From Auanema rhodensis (lineage: Eukaryota; Animalia; Nematoda): a stretch of DNA of 64,000 nt. This document shows, piece by piece, positions 42,693 to 55,809 of the stretch. The position numbers and the translations under genes are program-made. Under the pieces are notes generated by a model that made no database searches, was not told the DNA's origin, and saw only the letters and a program-made list of their open reading frames with translations. Positions within the stretch are counted from its first letter, which is position 1, and every line of letters begins with the position of its first letter. Location: NCBI GenBank assembly GCA_964057225.1, contig OZ059897.1:20770001-20834000 (forward strand). The letters run 5' to 3'.

Positions 42693-45600
42693 GAAAAATA
42701 GATGTTTTTAGATTCGATTTTTCAAGGCAAAGACGATGGACAATGTTATTCAACGAAAAAATTAATTCTTCAGGGTGAAAATCGAGGATATAAGTGTGAA
42801 CTTATATCAGTTGATATCTCGGTGCATTTTTAAGCTAGCGCAAATCTGATAACACAGATCGACGCAGCTTAAAAATCCGCATCGAATGCACTATACTACA
42901 TTGAGAAAAGCTTAATACAAAAATTAGTTATGATCGTTTGAAAAATGATGCATTAGTGTATGTTGGGTTTCCATGTACACTCAACATTGCTTCCAAAAAC
43001 ATTTTGACAAAAATTTTTTCGAAAAATTTCAAAATAATTTAGCAAAAAGTAGATGTTTTTAGATTCCATTTTTCAAGGCAAAGACGATGGACAATGTTAT
43101 TCAACGAAAAAATTAATTCTTCAGGGTGAAAATCGAGGATATAAGTGTGAACTTATATCAGTTGATATCTCGGTGCATTTTTAAGCTAGCGCAAATCTGA
43201 TAACACAGATCGACGCAGCTTAAAAATCCGCATCGAATGCACTATACTACATTGAAAAACGCTTGATACAAAAATTAGTTATGATCGTTTGAAAAATGAT
43301 GCATTAGTGTATGTTGAGTTTCCATGTACACTCAACATTGCTTCCAAAAACATTTTGACAAAAATTTTTTCGAAAAATTTCAAAATAATTTAGCAAAAAG
43401 TAGATGTTTTTAGATTCCATTTTTCAAGGCAAAGACGATGGACAATGTTATTCAACGAAAAAATTAATTCTTCAGGGTGAAAATCGAGGATATAAGTGTG
43501 AACTTATATCAGTTGATATCTCGGTGCATTTTTAAGCTAGCGCAAATCTGATAACACAGATCGACGCAGCTTGAAAATCCGCATCGAATGCACTATACTA
43601 CATTGAGAAAAGCTTAATACAAAAATTAGTTATGATCGTTTGAAAAATGATGCATTAGTGTATGTTGAGTTTCCATGTACACTCAACATTGCTTCCAAAA
43701 ACATTTTGACAAAAATTTTTTCGAAAAATTTCAAAATAATTTAGCAAAAAGTAGATGTTTTTAGACTCCATTTTTCAAGGCAAAGACGATGGACAATGTT
43801 ATTCAACGAAAAAATTATTTCTTCAGGGTGAAAATCGAGGATATAAGTGTGAACTTATATCAGTTGATATCTCGGTGCATTTTTAAGCTAGCGCAAATCT
43901 GATAACACAGATCGACGCAGCTTGAAAATCCGCATCGAATGCACTATATTACATTGAGAAAAGCTTAATACAAAAATTAGTTATGATCGTTTGAAAAATG
44001 ATGCATTAGTGTATGTTGAGTTTCCATGTACACTCAACATTGCTTCCAAAAACATTTTGACAAAAATTTTTTCGAAAAATTTCAAAATAATTTAGCGAAA
44101 AATAGATGTTTTTAGATTCGATTTTTCAAGGCAAAGACGATGGACAATGTTATTCAACGAAAAAATTAATTCTTCAGGGTGAAAATCGAGGATATAAGTG
44201 TGAACTTATATCAGTTGATATCTCGGTGCATTTTTAAGCTAGCGCAAATCTGATAACACAGATCGACGCAGCTTAAAAATCCGCATCGAATGCACTATAC
44301 TACATTGAGAAAAGCTTAATACAAAAATTAGTTATGATCGTTTGAAAAATGATGCATTAGTGTATGTTGGGTTTCCATGTACACTCAACATTGCTTCCAA
44401 AAACATTTTGACAAAAATTTTTTCGAAAAATTTCAAAATAATTTAGCAAAAAGTAGATGTTTTTAGATTCCATTTTTCAAGGCAAAGACGATGGACAATG
44501 TTATTCAACGAAAAAATTAATTCTTCAGGGTGAAAATCGAGGATATAAGTGTGAACTTATATCAGTTGATATCTCGGTGCATTTTTAAGCTAGCGCAAAT
44601 CTGATAACACAGATCGACGCAGCTTAAAAATCCGCATCGAATGCACTATACTACATTGAAAAACGCTTGATACAAAAATTAGTTATGATCGTTTGAAAAA
44701 TGATGCATTAGTGTATGTTGAGTTTCCATGTACACTCAACATTGCTTCCAAAAACATTTTGACAAAAATTTTTTCGAAAAATTTCAGAATAATTTAGCAA
44801 AAAGTAGATGTTTTTAGATTCCATTTTTCAAGGCAAAGACGATGGACAATGTTATTCAACGAAAAAATTATTTCTTCAGGGTGAAAATCGAGGATATAAG
44901 TGTGAACTTATATCAGTTGATATCTCGGTGCATTTTTAAGCTAGCGCAAATCTGATAACACAGATCGACGCAGCTTAAAAATCCGCATCGAATGCACTAT
45001 ACTACATTGAAAAACGCTTAATACAAAAATTAGTTATGATCGTTTGAAAAATGATGCATTAGTGTATGTTGAGTTTCCATGTACACTCAACATTGCTTCC
45101 AAAAACATTTTGACAAAAATTTTTTCGAAAAATTTCAAAATAATTTAGCGAAAAATAGATGTTTTTAGATTCGATTTTTCAAGGCAAAGACGATGGACAA
45201 TGTTATTCAACGAAAAAATTAATTCTTCAGGGTGAAAATCGAGGATATAAGTGTGAACTTATATCAGTTGATATCTCGGTGCATATTTAAGCTAGCGCAA
45301 ATCTGATAACACAGATCGACGCAGCTTAAAAATCCGCATCGAATGCACTATACTACATTGAAAAACGCTTAATACAAAAATTAGTTATGATCGTTTGAAA
45401 AATGATGCATTAGTGTATGTTGAGTTTCCATGTACACTCAACATTGCTTCCAAAAACATTTTGACAAAAATTTTTTCGAAAAATTTCAAAATAATTTAGC
45501 GAAAAGTAGATGTTTTTAGATTCGATTTTTCAAGGCAAAGACGATGGACAATGTTATTCAACGAAAAAATTAATTCTTCAGGATGAAAATCGAGGATATA

Positions 45601-48600
45601 AGTGTGAACTTATATCAGTTGATATCTCGGTGCATTTTTAAGCTAGCGCAAATCTGATAACACAGATCGACGCAGCTTAAAAATCCGCATCGAATGCACT
45701 ATACTACATTGAAAAACGCTTAATACAAAAATTAGTTATGATCGTTTGAAAAATGATGCATTAGTGTATGTTGAGTTTCCATGTACACTCAACATTGCTT
45801 CCAAAAACATTTTGACAAAAATTTTTTCGAAAAATTTCAAAATAATTTAGCAAAAAGTAGATGTTTTTAGATTCCATTTTTCAAGGCAAAGACGATGGAC
45901 AATGTTATTCAACGAAAAAATTAATTCTTCAGGGTGAAAATCGAGGATATAAGTGTGAACTTATATCAGTTGATATCTCGGTGCATTTTTAAGCTAGCGC
46001 AAATCTGATAACACAGATCGACGCAGCTTAAAAATCCGCATCGAATGCACTATACTACATTGAAAAACGCTTGATACAAAAATTAGTTATGATCGTTTGA
46101 AAAATGATGCATTAGTGTATGTTGAGTTTCCATGTACACTCAACATTGCTTCCAAAAACATTTTGACAAAAATTTTTTCGAAAAATTTCAAAATAATTTA
46201 GCGAAAAGTAGATGTTTTTAGATTCGATTTTTCAAGGCAAAGACGATGGACAATGTTATTCAACGAAAAAATTAATTCTTCAGGATGAAAATCGAGGATA
46301 TAAGTGTGAACTTATATCAGTTGATATCTCGGTGCATTTTTAAGCTAGCGCAAATCTGATAACACAGATCGACGCAGCTTAAAAATCCGCATCGAATGCA
46401 CTATACTACATTGAAAAACGCTTGATACAAAAATTAGTTATGATCGTTTGAAAAATGATGCATTAGTGTATGTTGAGTTTCCATGTACACTCAACATTGC
46501 TTCCAAAAACATTTTGACAAAAATTTTTTCGAAAAATTTCAAAATAATTTAGCGAAAAATAGATGTTTTTAGATTCGATTTTTCAAGGCAAAGACGATGG
46601 ACAATGTTATTCAACGAAAAAATTAATTCTTCAGGGTGAAAATCGAGGATATAAGTGTGAACTTATATCAGTTGATATCTCGGTGCATTTTTAAGCTAGC
46701 GCAAATCTGATAACACAGATCGACGCAGCTTAAAAATCCGCATCGAATGCACTATACTACATTGAGAAAAGCTTAATACAAAAATTAGTTATGATCGTTT
46801 GAAAAATGATGCATTAGTGTATGTTGGGTTTCCATGTACACTCAACATTGCTTCCAAAAACATTTTGACAAAAATTTTTTCGAAAAATTTCAAAATAATT
46901 TAGCGAAAAATAGATGTTTTTAGATTCGATTTTTCAAGGCAAAGACGATGGACAATGTTATTCAACGAAAAAATTAATTCTTCAGGGTGAAAATCGAGGA
47001 TATAAGTGTGAACTTATATCAGTTGATATCTCGGTGCATTTTTAAGCTAGCGCAAATCTGATAACACAGATCGACGCAGCTTAAAAATCCGCATCGAATG
47101 CACTATACTACATTGAGAAAAGCTTAATACAAAAATTAGTTATGATCGTTTGAAAAATGATGCATTAGTGTATGTTGGGTTTCCATGTACACTCAACATT
47201 GCTTCCAAAAACATTTTGACAAAAATTTTTTCGAAAAATTTCAAAATAATTTAGCAAAAAGTAGATGTTTTTAGATTCCATTTTTCAAGGCAAAGACGAT
47301 GGACAATGTTATTCAACGAAAAAATTAATTCTTCAGGGTGAAAATCGAGGATATAAGTGTGAACTTATATCAGTTGATATCTCGGTGCATTTTTAAGCTA
47401 GCGCAAATCTGATAACACAGATCGACGCAGCTTAAAAATCCGCATCGAATGCACTATACTACATTGAAAAACGCTTGATACAAAAATTAGTTATGATCGT
47501 TTGAAAAATGATGCATTAGTGTATGTTGAGTTTCCATGTACACTCAACATTGCTTCCAAAAACATTTTGACAAAAATTTTTTCGAAAAATTTCAAAATAA
47601 TTTAGCAAAAAGTAGATGTTTTTAGATTCCATTTTTCAAGGCAAAGACGATGGACAATGTTATTCAACGAAAAAATTAATTCTTCAGGGTGAAAATCGAG
47701 GATATAAGTGTGAACTTATATCAGTTGATATCTCGGTGCATTTTTAAGCTAGCGCAAATCTGATAACACAGATCGACGCAGCTTAAAAATCCGCATCGAA
47801 TGCACTATACTACATTGAGAAAAGCTTAATACAAAAATTAGTTATGATCGTTTGAAAAATGATGCATTAGTGTATGTTGGGTTTCCATGTACACTCAACA
47901 TTGCTTCCAAAAACATTTTGACAAAAATTTTTTCGAAAAATTTCAAAATAATTTAGCGAAAAATAGATGTTTTTAAATTCGATTTTTCAAGGCAAAGACG
48001 ATGGACAATGTTATTCAACGAAAAAATTAATTCTTCAGGGTGAAAATCGAGGATATAAGTGTGAACTTATATCAGTTGATATCTCGGTGCATTTTTAAGC
48101 TAGCGCAAATCTGATAACACAGATCGACGCAGCTTAAAAATCCGCATCGAATGCACTATACTACATTGAGAAAAGCTTAATACAAAAATTAGTTATGATC
48201 GTTTGAAAAATGATGCATTAGTGTATGTTGGGTTTCCATGTACACTCAACATTGCTTCCAAAAACATTTTGACAAAAATTTTTTCGAAAAATTTCAAAAT
48301 AATTTAGCGAAAAATAGATGTTTTTAGATTCGATTTTTCAAGGCAAAGACGATGGACAATGTTATTCAACGAAAAAATTAATTCTTCAGGGTGAAAATCG
48401 AGGATATAAGTGTGAACTTATATCAGTTGATATCTCGGTGCATTTTTAAGCTAGCGCAAATCTGATAACACAGATCGACGCAGCTTAAAAATCCGCATCG
48501 AATGCACTATACTACATTGAGAAAAGCTTAATACAAAAATTAGTTATGATCGTTTGAAAAATGATGCATTAGTGTATGTTGGGTTTCCATGTACACTCAA

Positions 48601-51600
48601 CATTGCTTCCAAAAACATTTTGACAAAAATTTTTTCGAAAAATTTCAAAATAATTTAGCAAAAAGTAGATGTTTTTAGATTCCATTTTTCAAGGCAAAGA
48701 CGATGGACAATGTTATTCAACGAAAAAATTAATTCTTCAGGGTGAAAATCGAGGATATAAGTGTGAACTTATATCAGTTGATATCTCGGTGCATTTTTAA
48801 GCTAGCGCAAATCTGATAACACAGATCGACGCAGCTTAAAAATCCGCATCGAATGCACTATACTACATTGAAAAACGCTTGATACAAAAATTAGTTATGA
48901 TCGTTTGAAAAATGATGCATTAGTGTATGTTGAGTTTCCATGTACACTCAACATTGCTTCCAAAAACATTTTGACAAAAATTTTTTCGAAAAATTTCAAA
49001 ATAATTTAGCAAAAAGTAGATGTTTTTAGATTCCATTTTTCAAGGCAAAGACGATGGACAATGTTATTCAACGAAAAAATTAATTCTTCAGGGTGAAAAT
49101 CGAGGATATAAGTGTGAACTTATATCAGTTGATATCTCGGTGCATTTTTAAGCTAGCGCAAATCTGATAACACAGATCGACGCAGCTTGAAAATCCGCAT
49201 CGAATGCACTATACTACATTGAGAAAAGCTTAATACAAAAATTAGTTATGATCGTTTGAAAAATGATGCATTAGTGTATGTTGAGTTTCCATGTACACTC
49301 AACATTGCTTCCAAAAACATTTTGACAAAAATTTTTTCGAAAAATTTCAAAATAATTTAGCAAAAAGTAGATGTTTTTAGACTCCATTTTTCAAGGCAAA
49401 GACGATGGACAATGTTATTCAACGAAAAAATTATTTCTTCAGGGTGAAAATCGAGGATATAAGTGTGAACTTATATCAGTTGATATCTCGGTGCATTTTT
49501 AAGCTAGCGCAAATCTGATAACACAGATCGACGCAGCTTAAAAATCCGCATCGAATGCACTATACTACATTGAGAAAAGCTTAATACAAAAATTAGTTAT
49601 GATCGTTTGAAAAATGATGCATTAGTGTATGTTGGGTTTCCATGTACACTCAACATTGCTTCCAAAAACATTTTGACAAAAATTTTTTCGAAAAATTTCA
49701 AAATAATTTAGCAAAAAGTAGATGTTTTTAGATTCCATTTTTCAAGGCAAAGACGATGGACAATGTTATTCAACGAAAAAATTAATTCTTCAGGGTGAAA
49801 ATCGAGGATATAAGTGTGAACTTATATCAGTTGATATCTCGGTGCATTTTTAAGCTAGCGCAAATCTGATAACACAGATCGACGCAGCTTAAAAATCCGC
49901 ATCGAATGCACTATACTACATTGAAAAACGCTTGATACAAAAATTAGTTATGATCGTTTGAAAAATGATGCATTAGTGTATGTTGAGTTTCCATGTACAC
50001 TCAACATTGCTTCCAAAAACATTTTGACAAAAATTTTTTCGAAAAATTTCAAAATAATTTAGCAAAAAGTAGATGTTTTTAGATTCCATTTTTCAAGGCA
50101 AAGACGATGGACAATGTTATTCAACGAAAAAATTAATTCTTCAGGGTGAAAATCGAGGATATAAGTGTGAACTTATATCAGTTGATATCTCGGTGCATTT
50201 TTAAGCTAGCGCAAATCTGATAACACAGATCGACGCAGCTTAAAAATCCGCATCGAATGCACTATACTACATTGAAAAACGCTTGATACAAAAATTAGTT
50301 ATGATCGTTTGAAAAATGATGCATTAGTGTATGTTGAGTTTCCATGTACACTCAACATTGCTTCCAAAAACATTTTGACAAAAATTTTTTCGAAAAATTT
50401 CAAAATAATTTAGCAAAAAGTAGATGTTTTTAGATTCCATTTTTCAAGGCAAAGACGATGGACAATGTTATTCAACGAAAAAATTAATTCTTCAGGGTGA
50501 AAATCGAGGATATAAGTGTGAACTTATATCAGTTGATATCTCGGTGCATTTTTAAGCTAGCGCAAATCTGATAACACAGATCGACGCAGCTTGAAAATCC
50601 GCATCGAATGCACTATACTACATTGAGAAAAGCTTAATACAAAAATTAGTTATGATCGTTTGAAAAATGATGCATTAGTGTATGTTGAGTTTCCATGTAC
50701 ACTCAACATTGCTTCCAAAAACATTTTGACAAAAATTTTTTCGAAAAATTTCAAAATAATTTAGCAAAAAGTAGATGTTTTTAGACTCCATTTTTCAAGG
50801 CAAAGACGATGGACAATGTTATTCAACGAAAAAATTATTTCTTCAGGGTGAAAATCGAGGATATAAGTGTGAACTTATATCAGTTGATATCTCGGTGCAT
50901 TTTTAAGCTAGCGCAAATCTGATAACACAGATCGACGCAGCTTGAAAATCCGCATCGAATGCACTATATTACATTGAGAAAAGCTTAATACAAAAATTAG
51001 TTATGATCGTTTGAAAAATGATGCATTAGTGTATGTTGAGTTTCCATGTACACTCAACATTGCTTCCAAAAACATTTTGACAAAAATTTTTTCGAAAAAT
51101 TTCAAAATAATTTAGCGAAAAATAGATGTTTTTAGATTCGATTTTTCAAGGCAAAGACGATGGACAATGTTATTCAACGAAAAAATTAATTCTTCAGGGT
51201 GAAAATCGAGGATATAAGTGTGAACTTATATCAGTTGATATCTCGGTGCATTTTTAAGCTAGCGCAAATCTGATAACACAGATCGACGCAGCTTAAAAAT
51301 CCGCATCGAATGCACTATACTACATTGAGAAAAGCTTAATACAAAAATTAGTTATGATCGTTTGAAAAATGATGCATTAGTGTATGTTGGGTTTCCATGT
51401 ACACTCAACATTGCTTCCAAAAACATTTTGACAAAAATTTTTTCGAAAAATTTCAAAATAATTTAGCAAAAAGTAGATGTTTTTAGATTCCATTTTTCAA
51501 GGCAAAGACGATGGACAATGTTATTCAACGAAAAAATTAATTCTTCAGGGTGAAAATCGAGGATATAAGTGTGAACTTATATCAGTTGATATCTCGGTGC

Positions 51601-54600
51601 ATTTTTAAGCTAGCGCAAATCTGATAACACAGATCGACGCAGCTTAAAAATCCGCATCGAATGCACTATACTACATTGAAAAACGCTTGATACAAAAATT
51701 AGTTATGATCGTTTGAAAAATGATGCATTAGTGTATGTTGAGTTTCCATGTACACTCAACATTGCTTCCAAAAACATTTTGACAAAAATTTTTTCGAAAA
51801 ATTTCAAAATAATTTAGCAAAAAGTAGATGTTTTTAGATTCCATTTTTCAAGGCAAAGACGATGGACAATGTTATTCAACGAAAAAATTAATTCTTCAGG
51901 GTGAAAATCGAGGATATAAGTGTGAACTTATATCAGTTGATATCTCGGTGCATTTTTAAGCTAGCGCAAATCTGATAACACAGATCGACGCAGCTTGAAA
52001 ATCCGCATCGAATGCACTATACTACATTGAGAAAAGCTTAATACAAAAATTAGTTATGATCGTTTGAAAAATGATGCATTAGTGTATGTTGAGTTTCCAT
52101 GTACACTCAACATTGCTTCCAAAAACATTTTGACAAAAATTTTTTCGAAAAATTTCAAAATAATTTAGCAAAAAGTAGATGTTTTTAGACTCCATTTTTC
52201 AAGGCAAAGACGATGGACAATGTTATTCAACGAAAAAATTATTTCTTCAGGGTGAAAATCGAGGATATAAGTGTGAACTTATATCAGTTGATATCTCGGT
52301 GCATTTTTAAGCTAGCGCAAATCTGATAACACAGATCGACGCAGCTTGAAAATCCGCATCGAATGCACTATATTACATTGAGAAAAGCTTAATACAAAAA
52401 TTAGTTATGATCGTTTGAAAAATGATGCATTAGTGTATGTTGAGTTTCCATGTACACTCAACATTGCTTCCAAAAACATTTTGACAAAAATTTTTTCGAA
52501 AAATTTCAAAATAATTTAGCGAAAAATAGATGTTTTTAGATTCGATTTTTCAAGGCAAAGACGATGGACAATGTTATTCAACGAAAAAATTAATTCTTCA
52601 GGGTGAAAATCGAGGATATAAGTGTGAACTTATATCAGTTGATATCTCGGTGCATTTTTAAGCTAGCGCAAATCTGATAACACAGATCGACGCAGCTTAA
52701 AAATCCGCATCGAATGCACTATACTACATTGAGAAAAGCTTAATACAAAAATTAGTTATGATCGTTTGAAAAATGATGCATTAGTGTATGTTGGGTTTCC
52801 ATGTACACTCAACATTGCTTCCAAAAACATTTTGACAAAAATTTTTTCGAAAAATTTCAAAATAATTTAGCAAAAAGTAGATGTTTTTAGATTCCATTTT
52901 TCAAGGCAAAGACGATGGACAATGTTATTCAACGAAAAAATTAATTCTTCAGGGTGAAAATCGAGGATATAAGTGTGAACTTATATCAGTTGATATCTCG
53001 GTGCATTTTTAAGCTAGCGCAAATCTGATAACACAGATCGACGCAGCTTAAAAATCCGCATCGAATGCACTATACTACATTGAAAAACGCTTGATACAAA
53101 AATTAGTTATGATCGTTTGAAAAATGATGCATTAGTGTATGTTGAGTTTCCATGTACACTCAACATTGCTTCCAAAAACATTTTGACAAAAATTTTTTCG
53201 AAAAATTTCAAAATAATTTAGCAAAAAGTAGATGTTTTTAGATTCCATTTTTCAAGGCAAAGACGATGGACAATGTTATTCAACGAAAAAATTATTTCTT
53301 CAGGGTGAAAATCGAGGATATAAGTGTGAACTTATATCAGTTGATATCTCGGTGCATTTTTAAGCTAGCGCAAATCTGATAACACAGATCGACGCAGCTT
53401 AAAAATCCGCATCGAATGCACTATACTACATTGAAAAACGCTTAATACAAAAATTAGTTATGATCGTTTGAAAAATGATGCATTAGTGTATGTTGAGTTT
53501 CCATGTACACTCAACATTGCTTCCAAAAACATTTTGACAAAAATTTTTTCGAAAAATTTCAAAATAATTTAGCGAAAAATAGATGTTTTTAGATTCGATT
53601 TTTCAAGGCAAAGACGATGGACAATGTTATTCAACGAAAAAATTAATTCTTCAGGGTGAAAATCGAGGATATAAGTGTGAACTTATATCAGTTGATATCT
53701 CGGTGCATATTTAAGCTAGCGCAAATCTGATAACACAGATCGACGCAGCTTAAAAATCCGCATCGAATGCACTATACTACATTGAAAAACGCTTAATACA
53801 AAAATTAGTTATGATCGTTTGAAAAATGATGCATTAGTGTATGTTGAGTTTCCATGTACACTCAACATTGCTTCCAAAAACATTTTGACAAAAATTTTTT
53901 CGAAAAATTTCAAAATAATTTAGCGAAAAGTAGATGTTTTTAGATTCGATTTTTCAAGGCAAAGACGATGGACAATGTTATTCAACGAAAAAATTAATTC
54001 TTCAGGATGAAAATCGAGGATATAAGTGTGAACTTATATCAGTTGATATCTCGGTGCATTTTTAAGCTAGCGCAAATCTGATAACACAGATCGACGCAGC
54101 TTAAAAATCCGCATCGAATGCACTATACTACATTGAAAAACGCTTAATACAAAAATTAGTTATGATCGTTTGAAAAATGATGCATTAGTGTATGTTGAGT
54201 TTCCATGTACACTCAACATTGCTTCCAAAAACATTTTGACAAAAATTTTTTCGAAAAATTTCAAAATAATTTAGCAAAAAGTAGATGTTTTTAGATTCCA
54301 TTTTTCAAGGCAAAGACGATGGACAATGTTATTCAACGAAAAAATTAATTCTTCAGGGTGAAAATCGAGGATATAAGTGTGAACTTATATCAGTTGATAT
54401 CTCGGTGCATTTTTAAGCTAGCGCAAATCTGATAACACAGATCGACGCAGCTTAAAAATCCGCATCGAATGCACTATACTACATTGAAAAACGCTTGATA
54501 CAAAAATTAGTTATGATCGTTTGAAAAATGATGCATTAGTGTATGTTGAGTTTCCATGTACACTCAACATTGCTTCCAAAAACATTTTGACAAAAATTTT

Positions 54601-54626
54601 TTCGAAAAATTTCAAAATAATTTAGC
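42693..54626. repeat. ~10-monomer block (about 42693-46202) recurring 8424 bp (24 monomers) downstream (about 51117-54626)
   Basis: M123-131 match M147-155 in type order. Rare A6 at 45285/53709 and A304 at 45583/54007, offset 8424. Confidence 0.85.
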
Positions 54627-55809
54627 AAAAAGTAGATGTTTTTAGATTCCATTTTTCAAGGCAAAGACGATGGACAATGTTATTCAACGAAAAAATTAAT
54701 TCTTCAGGGTGAAAATCGAGGATATAAGTGTGAACTTATATCAGTTGATATCTCGGTGCATTTTTAAGCTAGCGCAAATCTGATAACACAGATCGACGCA
54801 GCTTGAAAATCCGCATCGAATGCACTATACTACATTGAGAAAAGCTTAATACAAAAATTAGTTATGATCGTTTGAAAAATGATGCATTAGTGTATGTTGA
54901 GTTTCCATGTACACTCAACATTGCTTCCAAAAACATTTTGACAAAAATTTTTTCGAAAAATTTCAAAATAATTTAGCAAAAAGTAGATGTTTTTAGACTC
55001 CATTTTTCAAGGCAAAGACGATGGACAATGTTATTCAACGAAAAAATTATTTCTTCAGGGTGAAAATCGAGGATATAAGTGTGAACTTATATCAGTTGAT
55101 ATCTCGGTGCATTTTTAAGCTAGCGCAAATCTGATAACACAGATCGACGCAGCTTGAAAATCCGCATCGAATGCACTATATTACATTGAGAAAAGCTTAA
55201 TACAAAAATTAGTTATGATCGTTTGAAAAATGATGCATTAGTGTATGTTGAGTTTCCATGTACACTCAACATTGCTTCCAAAAACATTTTGACAAAAATT
55301 TTTTCGAAAAATTTCAAAATAATTTAGCGAAAAATAGATGTTTTTAGATTCGATTTTTCAAGGCAAAGACGATGGACAATGTTATTCAACGAAAAAATTA
55401 ATTCTTCAGGGTGAAAATCGAGGATATAAGTGTGAACTTATATCAGTTGATATCTCGGTGCATTTTTAAGCTAGCGCAAATCTGATAACACAGATCGACG
55501 CAGCTTAAAAATCCGCATCGAATGCACTATACTACATTGAGAAAAGCTTAATACAAAAATTAGTTATGATCGTTTGAAAAATGATGCATTAGTGTATGTT
55601 GGGTTTCCATGTACACTCAACATTGCTTCCAAAAACATTTTGACAAAAATTTTTTCGAAAAATTTCAAAATAATTTAGCGAAAAATAGATGTTTTTAGAT
55701 TCGATTTTTCAAGGCAAAGACGATGGACAATGTTATTCAACGAAAAAATTAATTCTTCAGGGTGAAAATCGAGGATATAAGTGTGAACTTATATCAGTTG
55801 ATATCTCGG

